DNA from: Raillietiella orientalis
Lineage: Eukaryota
Assembly: GCA_036172245.1 (NCBI GenBank)
Contig: JAYWIR010000005.1
Coordinates: 3,286,001-3,350,000 of the forward strand
DNA: 64,000 nucleotides
Reading direction: 5' to 3'
The position numbers were made by a program, and so were the translations under genes. The notes under the pieces are model-generated. The model saw only the letters and a program-made list of their open reading frames with translations. It did no database searches and was not told the DNA's origin. The stretch's first letter is position 1. Every line of letters starts with the position of its first letter. Below, piece by piece: positions 1 through 12,043 of this stretch.

Positions 1-864
1 GAGCGCGGGTGAGCAGAGGAGGAGGAAGAGGAGGAGCCAACCTTCTCGGCCGTTTCGGCGAACTTCCGAGCATCCCCCCCACACACACCTGAACCAGCTC
101 GCTGCCACCGGGGGGCTTGGCGCTGGAAGTCTGCTGGGCAGCCTCTCGGTCGTCTATAAAAGCCGGACGGGGGAAAAAGCAGCTTCTGCCCTCCCCCTTT
201 TCCATCCCCTCTTCGCGGCGGCTGCGCGGTGCGTCCCGAAGACGTCTGCGCCCCCTATAGGCGCGGAGAGGGAGAGAGAAAATCCTGGCTGTGGTCTCCG
301 CGCAGGGGGATGCGGACGGCAGCGAGGAGGGCGTCGCCTTCTCGCGGCAGGGTGCCCGGGACTATCCGGACGGAAGACGGGAGGAAAGGCCACCCTCCTC
401 CTCCGGGAGATGCTCCGAAAGATCGCGCGGAGGGAGGGAGAGGAAGCGAAAGGATGCGGGCCGATCCGGGAGCGGAAAAGGCGGCTCGCTCGCTTCCTGC
501 TGGCTGCGTGTGCGGAGAAGCGGCGACCTTCGCTTCACTTCGCTTCCCGGAGGAGGAAAATGGGAGCATCGTCTTCACCCTTCTGCGCCCCTCCCTTTCC
601 TTCCTTCACGGAGGGGAGCGGCCGCTCATCGAGGTGGAAAGGCGCGCACAGAGGCTGCCCCGGCAGCGCAGAGGGCGTTCCCGAAAGGGAAGGCGGGAGT
701 GGCGGCCAGGGTTCTGCAACCTCCTCTCCCCTTTCTCTCCCATAAGGAGGGAAGGAGGATGAAGAGTCTCCGGAAGACGCCCGGCGGCAAGGACGACGCC
801 AGCGCCCGAAGGAAAAAACAAGTCGATCGAACGCGTCCGGTCGGGGGATGCTCTCGGCTGCCGG

Positions 865-1730
865 AGGGAGTGACGTCAACAGCTGCTGCCTCCAGACCCT
901 CTCCGAGGTTCCTTCCGTCTGCCCCTTGCAGGAGTTCGGGCGCGCCCCTCGGTCCCTCGAGAGTTGGGGAAGCGGGGAGTGATTCACGTGGGGGCGGGGG
1001 CGGGCGGTCCACGGAATTTACCCCTCTCCTCCTCCTCTCCCTTCCCCCCTTCTCTTGGGACCGGCGCTCGCACCTGCGTGCGAATCGGGCAGAACAAGGG
1101 GAAAAGGGTAGCAAGGAGCGAGCTCCAGCACCCCTAGCGCGAACGCGCGCCGTCGCGTTGGGAACGGGGGAGAGAGGGGGGATGGGATGGGAGACGAGAA
1201 TCCCGGGAATCTCTCGGGTTCTCCCGATTGGGGTTTAAGCGGCACGTGCATCCATCCTCCTTCCCGATCCGGGGAAACGGAACGGATTAGTCACGTGATC
1301 GAGTCCCCCCGCCCGAGCAGGGTCCCCTTTCGCCGGAGGGGAAGGAAAGGGGGATGCACTCGAGGCGGAATGAAGGGATGGCGAGGGCTGCAGATTCATC
1401 TCCTGGAACCATTGGCCCCCGGGGTGATTGGCCGGGCGAATCCTCCCCTCTCGTACGGCTGGCGGGAGGCAGCGGCGACAGCAGCCCCGCGGGGCGGGCG
1501 GGTGGGGCTCTGTGAGCGCGGCGGCGGTCTGCACGAAGGGCGGTCGGCCGGTTCCCAGCAGCAGCAACCGGCGATCGGGTGGGCGAACTTCCGTGCTCTC
1601 GACGGCGCAGATGAGGAACAGCGGGGGACGCCAGGCGGCTGCCGGCGCATCCAGAGGAGCGCTCGGTGTCCGCGGACCGCCCGGGAGCGGCAGCGGCCGA
1701 GGGAAGGAAAGGGTGCGTCCGCACGTGACT
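865..1730. promoter_or_regulatory. Promoter/enhancer-like motif cluster inside netrin intron 2
   Basis: CRE TGACGTCA 871-878; E-boxes CACGTG at 985, 1243, 1292 and 1722; ATTGG (minus-strand CCAAT) at 1227, 1411 and 1427; GC boxes at 991-1007 and ~1490-1507. Confidence 0.4.
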
Positions 1731-1999
1731 GCCATCTGCACGAGAGGGCTCATCGCCGGGCCGGTTCCAGAGAAAAGAGTCGGTGGGAGGCAAGATCGGC
1801 CTCGGCGGGGCTCTCGGGAGAACTCGCGGTCAGCATCCCTAGGGTCTCCTGTCGCTTTCGGCCGCGATCCCGACGGCCACCTCCTCCAGCAGAGGGGAGA
1901 TCGCACGGAAGGAAAACAAAAACAAAAAAGCTGCGGACCGCCTTCATGCGGCCTTTTAAGCTCCACGCATCGATCCAACCGTTTCCTAGGTTGACAAGA

Positions 2000-2480
2000 A
2001 CCTGGAATGCCACAGGAAGGCACGATAGGCGTCCTTCCTGGAGCAGTCGGGAATCCAGGACCGGTACTTCCGGTTGCCCCGGGTCCATTTCCTGGACAGC
2101 CGGCAGTCCGGTCGCCAGGACGCACTCCCTCGAGTGAAGATAACAAGCGAGAGCTCTCCCCAACGCTCCCGGCAGCGAACCCTTGGGAAGAGGCGCGACT
2201 GGCGAGATCACGGATCGATCCGACCTCGTCAGAAGGAGCGTCAGCACCGCGGACGCCGCGCAGCGCGACAGATGTGCAAAGAGGAACCGAGCCGTCGCTG
2301 GTGATGGTTTCAGGCACCGGTGTCCGTCGAAAAGGGGCACCCGAAAAGCCGAGGTGCAGCGCAAAGGACTCGCAGGCGAACTGCATCAGGGCTGCGCCAT
2401 CACCCCGGAGCTGCAGCATCCATGAAAACAAGGGCAAGGGGTTAGTATCCTCGGATATAGCATCCAGTTTCCAAAGGATT
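2000..2480 (-). mobile_element. Possible decayed Tx1/L1-like LINE ORF2 C-terminal fragment
   Basis: Weak resemblance (HRCLK...FAHLSRC; LACYLHSRECVL) to the zinc-knuckle/C-terminal region. Confidence 0.3.
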
Positions 2481-2949
2481 TAAGAGGAGGCGGAGGAAGG
2501 GGTGAGAAAGAACAAGCAAAAAATAAAGCCAAGCCTGGTCGGAGGTCGCCAGCCTTCAAGACCGATAAATTAACCACGTTGCCTTCTCCAGCCAGGGCTT
2601 TCTCCACCCCTGCGGGATTTCTTCTTCTCCTAGTGAAGAGCAGTTTCGGGAACTTGGCTTTATTTTTACCCTTTTTTTTTCCTTTTCCTTTCAGATTGCT
2701 TTGCCCCCCCCCCCTTTTCTTTTTTTTTTTTGGAGGGGGGGTTCCAAGCGAAGAGCGCCGTCGTTCGTGCGACTTGAATGAGCAGCAGCAAGGGAGGCAT
2801 GGCTTCCCCACTCATGAGAACCTACTCCGACCTCCCGCCCTCTTTCCCTTATTTTACTTCTCGGATCTCTTCCGATCGATTCGTTTCATTGCAGAGCTCG
2901 GAGGCCACTCTTCCTACTCCCGTTTCGTAGGCAGGATGGCGTCAGCCGA

Positions 2950-3920
2950 GCGCGCAGCACAGGCAACTCTCCCCGTCCGAGTCACCCCGTGCCGCCGTCT
3001 GCTGCTGCCTCTCCTTCGATAACCTGTTCGTGAGCCCCTAGAGCCGACGCGCCGCTTCTCTGACGGTCGCAGCAAGGCGAGGAAGGACCTCTCTTGAGTG
3101 CCAGCGAGAAGTTTCTGGAACACCGCTGTTCGCCTCTCGCTCGACTCGGAGCCTGGGTGCCCCTTTCCCCTCAGATGCCCGGCATCGGAGGGGCAGGCGA
3201 TAAATCTTCCAGCGCCCCAATCCGTCCCACGCGTCTCAAAGTCTCAGGCAACACCTTGTATCCGTTGGTGCCCGTTTCTCTTCCGCGGAACGCCTCGTCC
3301 CCAGCTGAAAGATGACGGAGCTCCATCTTCCCTGCCTGTCAATCCATTCGAGGAAGCTACAGGAAGCGGATTCGCAGCCCTTCCGCTCCGCCAAGGGTGC
3401 GTTTCCCCCGGAGGAATATCCTTGGGGAAGGGAGGGGGGGGGGGGTTCGCTGGACTTTGAGGGAGTTGAGATAAGGCGCGCGCTCCCGCTCCGATTCTGC
3501 GCAGCACTAAAGCTCTCTACAGACCAGGAAAAGGGGACACGCTGGGCAGGTCGGCGGCGACATGCACTTAGAGCAAGCCTTCCTGGATGCACCTGCCGAG
3601 GCTGGCGTCGTCGCGGCATGGTCTGCCGACCTGTCTGTCCTCCGTTCTCCATAGACCTGGAGCATGCCCTGGCTGCGATGACGTACTGCCAGCTCTCGAG
3701 CAGGAGGACAGGTCGACCGACCTATCCCACTGCTCTTGCCCCTCCTCCTCAGCCTCAGCAAATTCCAGGGCAGCACATCAGGAGCCCTGCGTGCGGCGTG
3801 ACGGCGGCGATTAATCGGAAGCGTCTCCACATCCATTAGAGGACCTCGAAGACGCAACTTTTCGTAACGCACAGGGGGAAAGCGCTTAGGAAAGCTGCCC
3901 GTGCACAGCTCGGCACCCTC
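2950..3920 (+). mobile_element. Decayed Tx1-like LINE, ORF2 C-terminal part
   Basis: Collinear remnants across frames: KFLEHRCSPLARLGAWVPLSP, IRRALPLRFCAALKLS, HALRASLPGC and KALRKAARAQLG resemble Tx1-clade ORF2 C-termini (RRALPVR; LGAAAAKAQWG). Confidence 0.55.
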
Positions 3921-4139
3921 TCTAGGCGTTGCTAGCGAGACGATGCAAGCAAATGCGATGCAACCCGAGGTTGACCGCATCCTGCCAAAACCGTCAGTAA
4001 ATCCCATCGCGCCACGTGCAGCATCGGGCAGTTGTATCGATGGTGAAGCACCTCCTGCGCAGATCCACTGCAAAACGTCTGACGCGCCACCTCGGGCAAG
4101 CGTGCCCCGAATGAGAAACCTATTAAGCACTATTTCTCT

Positions 4140-5470
4140 TTTCAGGAGCAAAGACTGAGAAGCAGTCTTGCTGGAAAGTCTTTCCAGAATCTGCAGAAGA
4201 AGCGTCCGCATCCCTGGGGACATTCGGCTCTCCAGGAAGCTGAGATGTCGCGTCTCTCCAGACATCTCTTTCCGTTCCAGGGACCGCTGTTCCGGAGAAA
4301 GATGGAAGAAAGAACCGGAAGAACGTCGCGCTGCCAACGGACGGTGGTGACTTTCCCCAAGTTTTCGAAGACCCTAGTTTCCGGGCAGGTCTCATCAACC
4401 ACCTGACCTGGGTCCGCCTACAGCTTTGCGTCCTCTTTTGACACGTCGGCGCACTGTCAACTCATACATTGAGCGGGAGGGAGGGTGTGGAGTTTCTCTC
4501 TCATCCCATCTCTTAGTATGTACTCCGAGGAAGGACGATCAGGTCAAATTCGGTGTGCGTGGTCGCGTTCCGAGTGGATGCAGTGGCAGGGGAGTCCACA
4601 ACGCGAGAGGTCGCAGAAAACGAGTCCACCTGTCCGCTTCTTGCCGCACGCGTGACCGGGACCTGCAGGTCACGCGGACCACTGGAACAGTTGGCTGGTG
4701 AGGAAGCGAGTCCCGGAGCGGTCCCTGAAACAGCGCAAGGCAACATCGGGACTTTCATCCGAGCGAGGAGCAGAGGCCTTCCGGAAGGGCGTCCCTGCTT
4801 CCCGCTCCCGAGTGCGGCCGCCTTGAGTCTCTTGCCTGGTCGCGCCGAAGGATCGCTTCCGGAGCGCGGAATAGGGGCAGGCAGCGGAAACCGATGCGAC
4901 TCGGTCTCTGGAGCATCCAGGAAGAGGAGGAAGGAAAGGGCGATCCCGAGAGACAACGCCCTCGAGCTGCATCAGGTCAAGCAGGAACGCATCTCGAGCT
5001 GCGACACCCCTTCCGGTCTTCCCCCGGCGCATTGCCCCCTCGCCAGAGCTGCCCCGAGGATTGCCCTTCCAGGACGAGGATCACAAAGGATAGTTTCGCA
5101 AGTGCCGCGGAGGGAGTGAGCGCGGCCGGGGGTGGGGTGGGCGACAACCCACGCACCCTACAGCCGCCAGCATCTCTGGCGTAGGTTCGGAAACTGGCCC
5201 GCGGGAGTGGGTGGGGAGGTGTCCCGCTCAGAAGGGCGCAGCCAGCACTCGACCAGGAGTCTCGACTTTCCCCTCAGGGCAGGCAAACCGTCGCCCCACC
5301 TTGAGGACCTTTTGCTCCAGTGGGCGTAGCGGAAGACAGAAACGCGCTTCTTCCAGCGAAGCCGGGCGCACCCCTCTGGGCAAGGGTGCCAAACCGAAGC
5401 AGCTGCGGCGGAGGAGGGGCGACCCGTGCGCAGGCGATCCTGAGAGCTTTCTTCGCCACCGTATCTAAAA
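4140..5470 (-). mobile_element. Decayed Tx1-like LINE, RT to post-RT fragment
   Basis: Remnants in the expected order: LDTVAKKALRI (LDQEKAFDRI-like), GPQGG (RQGCP-like), KRLKAAALGSGKQGRPSGRPLLL, and ERDVWRDATSQL (IWQNASSP-like). Confidence 0.5.
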
Positions 5471-7379
5471 ATAGGAGGTCAACTCCGCGCGGGATGGGTT
5501 CTCGGTCGCCTTTCCGCGCGCGCGCTTCCGAAGGGGTCGGGAGCGGCAGAGGGAAAGAGGTGGGTGGCTCATTCCTAGGACGCACGCGCATGCGCAGAGA
5601 GGGTGGCAAGGGAGAGGGGGGAGAAGGGAGGGGGATGGACGAAGAAGCGAAAAGCAAGAAGGGGGAAGCTCACGGACCGCTCCGCAACACCTCCGCCGCA
5701 CGAAATTCCTTCCGTATTCCCAGGGATAAATCATCCCCGCCGCGAGTGCGGGAGAGAGCCCGGGAAAATCGGTTGCTCGGAGACATAGCTCGAGCTTTTC
5801 GTGTTTGTGCAATCCGGAGATCGCGACCTCCCAGGGCATCCGAAGAAAGGGTGGCCCACAGTGGAAAGCCGTTTTTGTTCCTCTCGAGCATCGCAGAGTC
5901 CGAGAATTCTCTTCTCAGGAATGCGGCCCATTGAAGAAGTGCGCGAGATGGGGGGGAGGGGGAAGTGAAAAGCGCGCTCGCGCTCTTTCTTCTGCCACGG
6001 CCGTTATTCTTTTGTGAGGCCGGGAGGCCTTCCTGGGCTCCGGAATTTCCAAAGGCGCAGCGAGAAGGCAGCGACAGGCGTGTTTACGGGAACCCTCCGT
6101 CGGGACGGGACGCTGCGGAGAGCACTCCGTGTTTTCAAGCGACGGCCGGTGCGCGGCTGCGCCCGCCAAGCGGCCAGCCATCAATTAAAGCCCTGATGGA
6201 TGTACTCGCCATAAAAGATCTCAATTAGGTTATCGACCACTGGCTCATTCAGCGCCAGAGGCACGGGTAACTGCGGGTTCGGGGGTCAGGAATGTTTTTC
6301 GCAGGTTTCCGAGAGGAGAAAACAAAAAAAAAAAAAAAAAGGGAGGGAGAGAGCGAAAACGGAGGAAAAAGAAAGGGAGAGAAAGAAATGTCCAGCGGGA
6401 ACAACGCAAAGGGGACTGAAATATTTCCGAGGGACGCCTTTTATTCCTCGGGAATCGCGCGCGCCCAGGCTCCGCGGATAATGGATGGATCGCGCCCCCA
6501 GGCGCGTTCCATTGTGCTGCGGGGGTCGTCCGGCGCGCTGGCAATCGGGAAGAATGGCCGACCTCGTTGTTCTCGTTGCACTCCCGCTCCTTGGGGGCAC
6601 GACCTTCACCACCCCACCCACCCACCCATTCACCCACCTCCGCGCGGCTTGCGGACGCTCGAGCCATCGTTCCTGGAACTTACGCGGACTTTCCCTCTGC
6701 CGAGCCGTAGCCGCCGTCGAGGCCGCCTGGATAGCGCCAATGGCGGGGGACAGGAATTGCGCTGGAAGGAAGGAACACAGACAAGACCTTGTCCCCTTTG
6801 GTCCCCTGCTCCAACCCGAGAAGCCAGCAGGAGCGAAGGGAAAGCCTCGGCCATTCCTTTACCCGAGAGCGACGCATTCCCTTCCGCCGCCACAGAGCAG
6901 CAAAGCCGGCATCCCCTGCGGGGTTCGCACCTCATGGGTACCACCATCGTCGTCGCTCCCTCGACCCCCCCACACTTCCTCCCCCTCCCACTGCGCGATC
7001 CCGAAAAATCGTTTCTGACGCGACCTCCCCTTCCTTCGCATCCTCCGGCTCGAGCATGCAGGTTTCCTTGCAGTGATCTACTTTCCTCCCCGAAGTTCTC
7101 CTACGCCCCCCCACGTTGAAGTTTCGCGCCCCACTGGGTTTCCCCCACAAACAGGCCGGCCTCCCATCTTGAGGTTTCAAACCTGCTCTTTCTTCTGGTG
7201 GTCACCTGCCGTTAGGGGGCCGCCAGTAGTCCGGTTTCGCCATCCTCCTCCTCCTGCGCGCGTGCGTCCCTGCCGCCGAGCCTTCCCAGCAGCCCTCGAA
7301 TACGCGGGAACATGTGGCAGCTCGACTTCTTTCCCTTTCCTTCTTCTTGCCCGGGGCCCATTCCTCGCAAAGGTGTCAA

Positions 7380-8030
7380 GAGAACGGCGCAATCATCTCC
7401 TTGATGCGCTGGCCGAGACGCCGCCCTTGCCGGGACGACTCCCAGAGATCACGAGGAGGCCGATGCCTTCCCCCGTGCTCCCTTCCCGATCCAGGAAAGC
7501 TTTCCCATCGGAAAAGGAACGGAAGTTCCTTTTTCTCCCAAGATGCTCGTGCTGGATCCGCGCTCTCAGCGAGTAGACCACGTGCTCTCGGGAGTCTCCC
7601 GCTTCTCCGTCCTGTCTGGCGCGTGTGACCACCGCGAAACACGGTGAGAGGGGGGAGGGGAGGGGAGACATAGACCAGCTTTCGCGGCCGTGGGCCCACT
7701 CCCTCCTCTGAGAGTGGGCGCTCTCCTTCCTTAGTCTCGTCTTCGTGGAGGAGCTGCGACCGCGGAAGTGTCCTTTCGACAGGGACGCGCCTTTTTGTGC
7801 GGCGGCCCGTCCGGTGCTCCCGGCAGACCGCCAGAAATCTGTTTGCCCAAGGGCTCCGTTTCCTTTCCGATCCCTTTTGAGGAAAACCTTCGATCGCTTC
7901 TCGATTTCGTCGTTCGTTTCCCGAACTCCGGCATCCCAGGCATCCCCTCGGGACGCGCGCGCTCCTCCGGAGGCGGGCTACGAACACGGAGGAAAGACGT
8001 CTCTTTCGTCCACCTTGCCGCCTTAGCGGA
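7380..8030 (+). mobile_element. Possible decayed Tx1-like LINE post-RT fragment
   Basis: Weak remnants RPVWRV...GERGEGRG resembling FIW...KGG; frameshifted. Confidence 0.25.
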
Positions 8031-8278
8031 ACGCCCGAGTGGGGGACGTCCTCACCCCTGCCACACCCCCGTTCCGGAAAGAGAAGAGACGGGGCGAGGG
8101 TGTTCCTGCTCCGCGATTCTTCCCTGCATTCAGGGCGTTCCTTTCGGGCTTTCTGCGGGGGTGAAGGAACAAGGCGAGTCCGTGCCGGCGGCGGCATCGC
8201 AGGGGCGCGGGTTCGCGCCTCGTGTCGACTGCGTGCCCGCCAGAGGGCTCGCTTGCTCCCCCGAAAGGGGCGGTTTAC

Positions 8279-8467
8279 CTTTGCAAGCCTTCCTGTGCGT
8301 TATGGGTTTGCTCTGGTCCCTGTAAAATCCCTCCTTGCAGTAGTGGCAGTACCGGCCGGCCGTGTTGTGCCGACACCTCAGGCAGACGCCCCCGCTCGAG
8401 TGCCCGGAAAGCCGGTAGAGCTCCATGTTGAAGCGGCACCGCCGCGCGTGCAGGTTGCAGTTGCACA
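8279..8467 (-). CDS. Net: Netrin second coding exon (laminin-EGF V-2), 189 bp, phase 1-1
   Basis: Encodes [62 protein letters not shown]. Acceptor TTCCAG| (AG at 8469-8468), donor G|GTAAA (GT at 8278-8277). Splicing to exon 1 makes G+TG = Val and gives an in-frame ECKVCNCNLH. Confidence 0.96.
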
Positions 8468-9009
8468 CTGGAACGACAACAGAGACCTCACTTCAGCTGG
8501 GTGGGTTGGCCGACCGCGGTGCAGTCCACCACCATCCTCCGCGGTGGAGTCGAGAGCGTGTGCGCGCTTGCTGCTGGCCAGCAGAGTCCGTTGAGTGAGA
8601 CGCGGAGAGCGCGGGTGTGGGGGACGCAGATCCCTTTAGCCTTTCCGGAGGAGCGCAGGGGTCGGTCCGAGAGAGACCCGGCTCCCGAGGAACATCTCCG
8701 AGAAGTCCGGGAGGAGCGTGTATGTGTGTGGTGGTGAGGGAAGGGGGGGGGGGGGGGGGAGGGGACTCGCTCGCTCCGCGCGCAGGCGCGCGATGGTGCG
8801 TCCCGGCGCGCGCGGCCACGACCGAGGCGCCGCCGCGCTGGCCATCGGCAACCCCTTCGCAGCTGGGAATGCCGCGGCTCGCGGTCTTCATCGGTTCGGC
8901 ACGCAGCAGCGCCGTTCCCGGAAACCTGAGTAGGATCGTCGCCTTCATTCCCTCTGGCAATTTGCGGAGAGTTTCACTTCCAGATTGAAGGAAATTATTA
9001 GTCGGCTCG

Positions 9010-9900
9010 GAAGAGATTCTACTGGAACTTCGCGTTGGTTGCGTAGAAGAGCCCAGCCATCGTCTTCGGCGTTCGCCAGCCCCTTCGAGGGATCCGCGGC
9101 TGCGGCCGAGGAGGTACGGCGTAGGGAGGAGGGCGAGCGCCGCCGACAGGCTCTCCTCTTCCTCCTCGATGACTGGCCTGTCCGCGACGGTGTGTCCATG
9201 GGGTGGAATTTCCAGTGAGGACAAGAGTCCGCCTCCGCAGTTCGAACCCTCGCGACCTTCTTCCTCCGCCCGGCACCAAAGGGGTATTTGCCGTATCGTA
9301 CCAGCCCTGCTTGTTCGAGAAGCGCGCGGGTCGCAAGATCATATCCGGTGGGGCGACTCGATTACGTAGCTCCGTGCTCGGCCATTCATAGGATTCCGTC
9401 GGAGGACACCCTGATGATGTCCAGCGGCGGAAGCGCTATCCGGGTCATTGCTAGCAGCGGCAGGATGAAGGCACATTTCAACCGCGAGACACATTTCCCT
9501 CTCCCGTTCCTTCCGGTTCGTCCCGGAGAGGGAGAAAGGACGGATGCGGTCGGAGGAGGAACATCAATTCGAGCCATCTCGAGAACAGACAAGAGCCCGT
9601 GTTGCCAGCGGAAGCACACCAGAAGGTCTCGGTCCCCCTCCACGAGAGCAAGCTGAAGAAAACAGACGGACAGAGGAAGCAGGAATCCTCCCACCTCACT
9701 CCGTCTGCTGGGATTGCCTATCTTTCGCTCGGAGGAAGATGACGGGAAACTCACCCAAGCGGAGGGATCACCCGCGGGTATCCCTTTCAGAGGTCTCGAT
9801 CCCTGCTAGGAACATGCTGGAGCGATGAAATGCCTCCCCCCAACCAAGAGGGTAGTAGGGGCATGGGGAAAGGGGGCAACAATCTTCTCTAGGCGGAACC
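9010..9900 (-). mobile_element. Decayed Tx1-like LINE, RT thumb/post-RT fragment
   Basis: EGDRDLLVCF, GKCVSRLKCAFILPLLAMTRIALPP and FSNKQGWYDTAN occur in the order expected for the KVLGIWF / ILPxLLY / KGGxxVPN motifs. Confidence 0.45.
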
Positions 9901-10049
9901 CACTGGCAGAGGACCATCTCATGAGAAGCTTCTCTTCGGTTTCCTCGAGGGGGCTGCGAGACAAAGTGCTTCAACATCCGAATGTGTGCGGAAAGCACTC
10001 CAGAGGGAGCGACAGGGTTTGAGGGTCGCGCCCTCTTTGTCTGCACTCA

Positions 10050-10383
10050 TTGTTTTGTTTTGTTTTCTTCTTCGCTTCCTCCCTTCCTTCTCTTCCTCCC
10101 TCCTCCTTCTTCTTCCCCCCTTCCTCTTCCTCCTGTTCCTCTCTCTTCCTCATCCTGTTCCTTCCTTTTTCATCTTCCTCCTCCCTTCTTTCTCCGCCTC
10201 TTCCCCTCTCTTCCTCCCTTCCGTCTCCTCTTGTTCCTTCCTTCCAGCTCCCGCAGCTTTCCTTCCTCCTTCGCGGAAGGAAAGCTGCGGGAGCTGGAAT
10301 ACCGCAAGGGGAAGCGCCTTCTGCTCACGGCGGTCTTTCCAGGAAGCTCTCCAGGGAAGAAGACGGGAAAGCTCAGCGGCTGC
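10050..10383 (+). repeat. Copy A of an inverted repeat pair: CT-rich tract plus ~120-bp core
   Basis: The core CCTTCCTCCTTCGCGGAAGGAAAGCTGCGGGAGCTGGAATACCG...TTTCCAGGAAGCTCTCCAGGGAAGAAGACGGGAAAGCTCAGCGGCTGC matches the reverse complement of 12044-12160. Confidence 0.85.
10242..10299. repeat. Perfect 25-bp inverted repeat (hairpin) with 8-nt loop
   Basis: TTCCAGCTCCCGCAGCTTTCCTTCC (10242-10266), loop TCCTTCGC, then GGAAGGAAAGCTGCGGGAGCTGGAA (10275-10299). Confidence 0.95.
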
Positions 10384-12043
10384 AGCCTATTCTAGCATAA
10401 GAGAAAACGCCCATGAGAGTCTCTCCTACGCCGCCGTAGAGCTGCTGGGCTAGCTCGCTCGGAGGGGATCGCGACGCTCTGGAGGACCCCGCTAGTTGCC
10501 CCCATACGTGGCAGAACGGCCCTTCCGGGACAGCTTACCCTTCCTTTGAGTGGGTCTCTCCCCGGCGGGGCGGAACGGAAGATCCCAGGAATGACCCCTT
10601 GGAAGCGGGGAGAGACGTTGGACTGACCGATCCCTGGCGTGGACGCTGGGGAATGAGGAGGGGAGAGAACTCTTCCCCTCCCTCCTTCCCCACTCACCTC
10701 CAGGAGGTTCCGAATGCGGGGGAGCAAAGGGAGAACGGACAGTACGGAGACGGCGGGAGGAAGGGGGGGAGGAGAAGAGCGCGCACACTCTCTCGGTTGA
10801 GGCCTCTCGGACGTCCATTTAAAGGCGCTTGTCTTCCGCCCGATTTCCATGTGAACATCCTCAATTGCAATCTCTCCACGCGAGCTCGTCCTTCTCCTCT
10901 GCTCTGTTGCCGCCTCTTCGCCTCTTTTTTTGCCGCCATCGCCGCCGCTTTCGCTCGGGTGGAGCTCGGAGCCACGCGGAGAACGTGGCTCGGGGGCGCA
11001 GAGAGAGAGAGGAGTCGGACCTCCTGCAGCACCTCGGAGGCATCCCAAGAAGAGGCGATCGGAGAGCGCTCCTGGGGTCCCAGGCAGCGAGCGCTCCCCT
11101 CTTCCTTCACCACCCCCCACCCCCGCTGAAGGAAAAAGGAGACGCGTGCGCGAATCTCGGAGCAGGAAAAAGGAGGGAGGCGAGGATTCGCCCCCCTTCC
11201 GCGCTCCTTCCGCTCCGGGTTTACAGCCCGCGCGCGAAGACACCTGCAGAGCGAAAGGACGTTTATGGCCAGGCGCGTCGCGTCGCGTATCCATGGAAAC
11301 GGGCGGCTGGAGGGAAGGAGAGTCTGCCTCCCTCCAGGGAACATAAATTTCCCCGGCACCTTCCCCCGCCCGTTCCCGCGCGGCCGACATCCGAGCAGCG
11401 AGCGCCGCGCGGAAGGTCCCGCCGAAAGGGCTCGCTCTGCCCCGAAGAAACTACCACCCTGGATTAAATAGGGAAGACGCAGGCAGGAAGTCGCCTACGG
11501 GTGCGCGGACGACTACCCCGCCACCCTTTCTCCTCCTCCTGTTCCCGAGGACAAGGAAGCCAGACAGTTCTTCCCCGCCGAGGGCTCCCGATCTGCAAGG
11601 GACGGAAAGGAGCAGCGGAAAGGACGGGACGGGTGGCTGCTGGGGGGGATCCAGTCGGCGGCTGCGTGAGCACCCGCACAGCCTCGCGAGAGTCTCAGAG
11701 GTCTCACGGAGCCGGCTGCCTTCCCAGAACGACGGAGAGAGTCCCTCTTTCCCAGATAAATCATCAGGATGCAAACCTCTCTCCTCCCGGTAATCCGGGC
11801 GGGAGCGCCTGAAGGATCCTACGGCCGCCGCCAAAAAGACTCTGGATCGGAGGATTAGAGAGATTACGTTTTCCTCCCCCTGTCCGGGGGTGGGAGGATA
11901 GGGAAGGGAAGAACGGAGGAAGCGCGCGGATTCCTGGGGAGCCTCCAGGAAAACTCTCGGAAGGAATTCGCTTTTGGAGGGCGAGCTGTGGCTCGCCCTC
12001 CTGCAGTGCGGGCGAGCGGGCCGACCTCGAGGTTTGGGAAGTC

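Larger units (their letters stand above)
1..8278 (-). other. Netrin next intron (runs off the left edge; EGF V-3 and NTR/C345C exons not found in window)
   Basis: GT donor at 8278-8277. No CxCHPxG...GQCPCK-type exon was found in the ORF track or by eye in 1-8278. Confidence 0.7.

Noticed and set aside
154..2483. Many overlapping 150-400 aa ORFs
   Set aside because: Open in several frames at once, low complexity, no recognisable domain; explained by stop-codon scarcity in GC-rich DNA.
1..8278. Search for netrin EGF V-3 and C-terminal NTR exons
   Set aside because: No matching cysteine pattern found; they probably lie beyond the window, though very short exons could be missed by eye.
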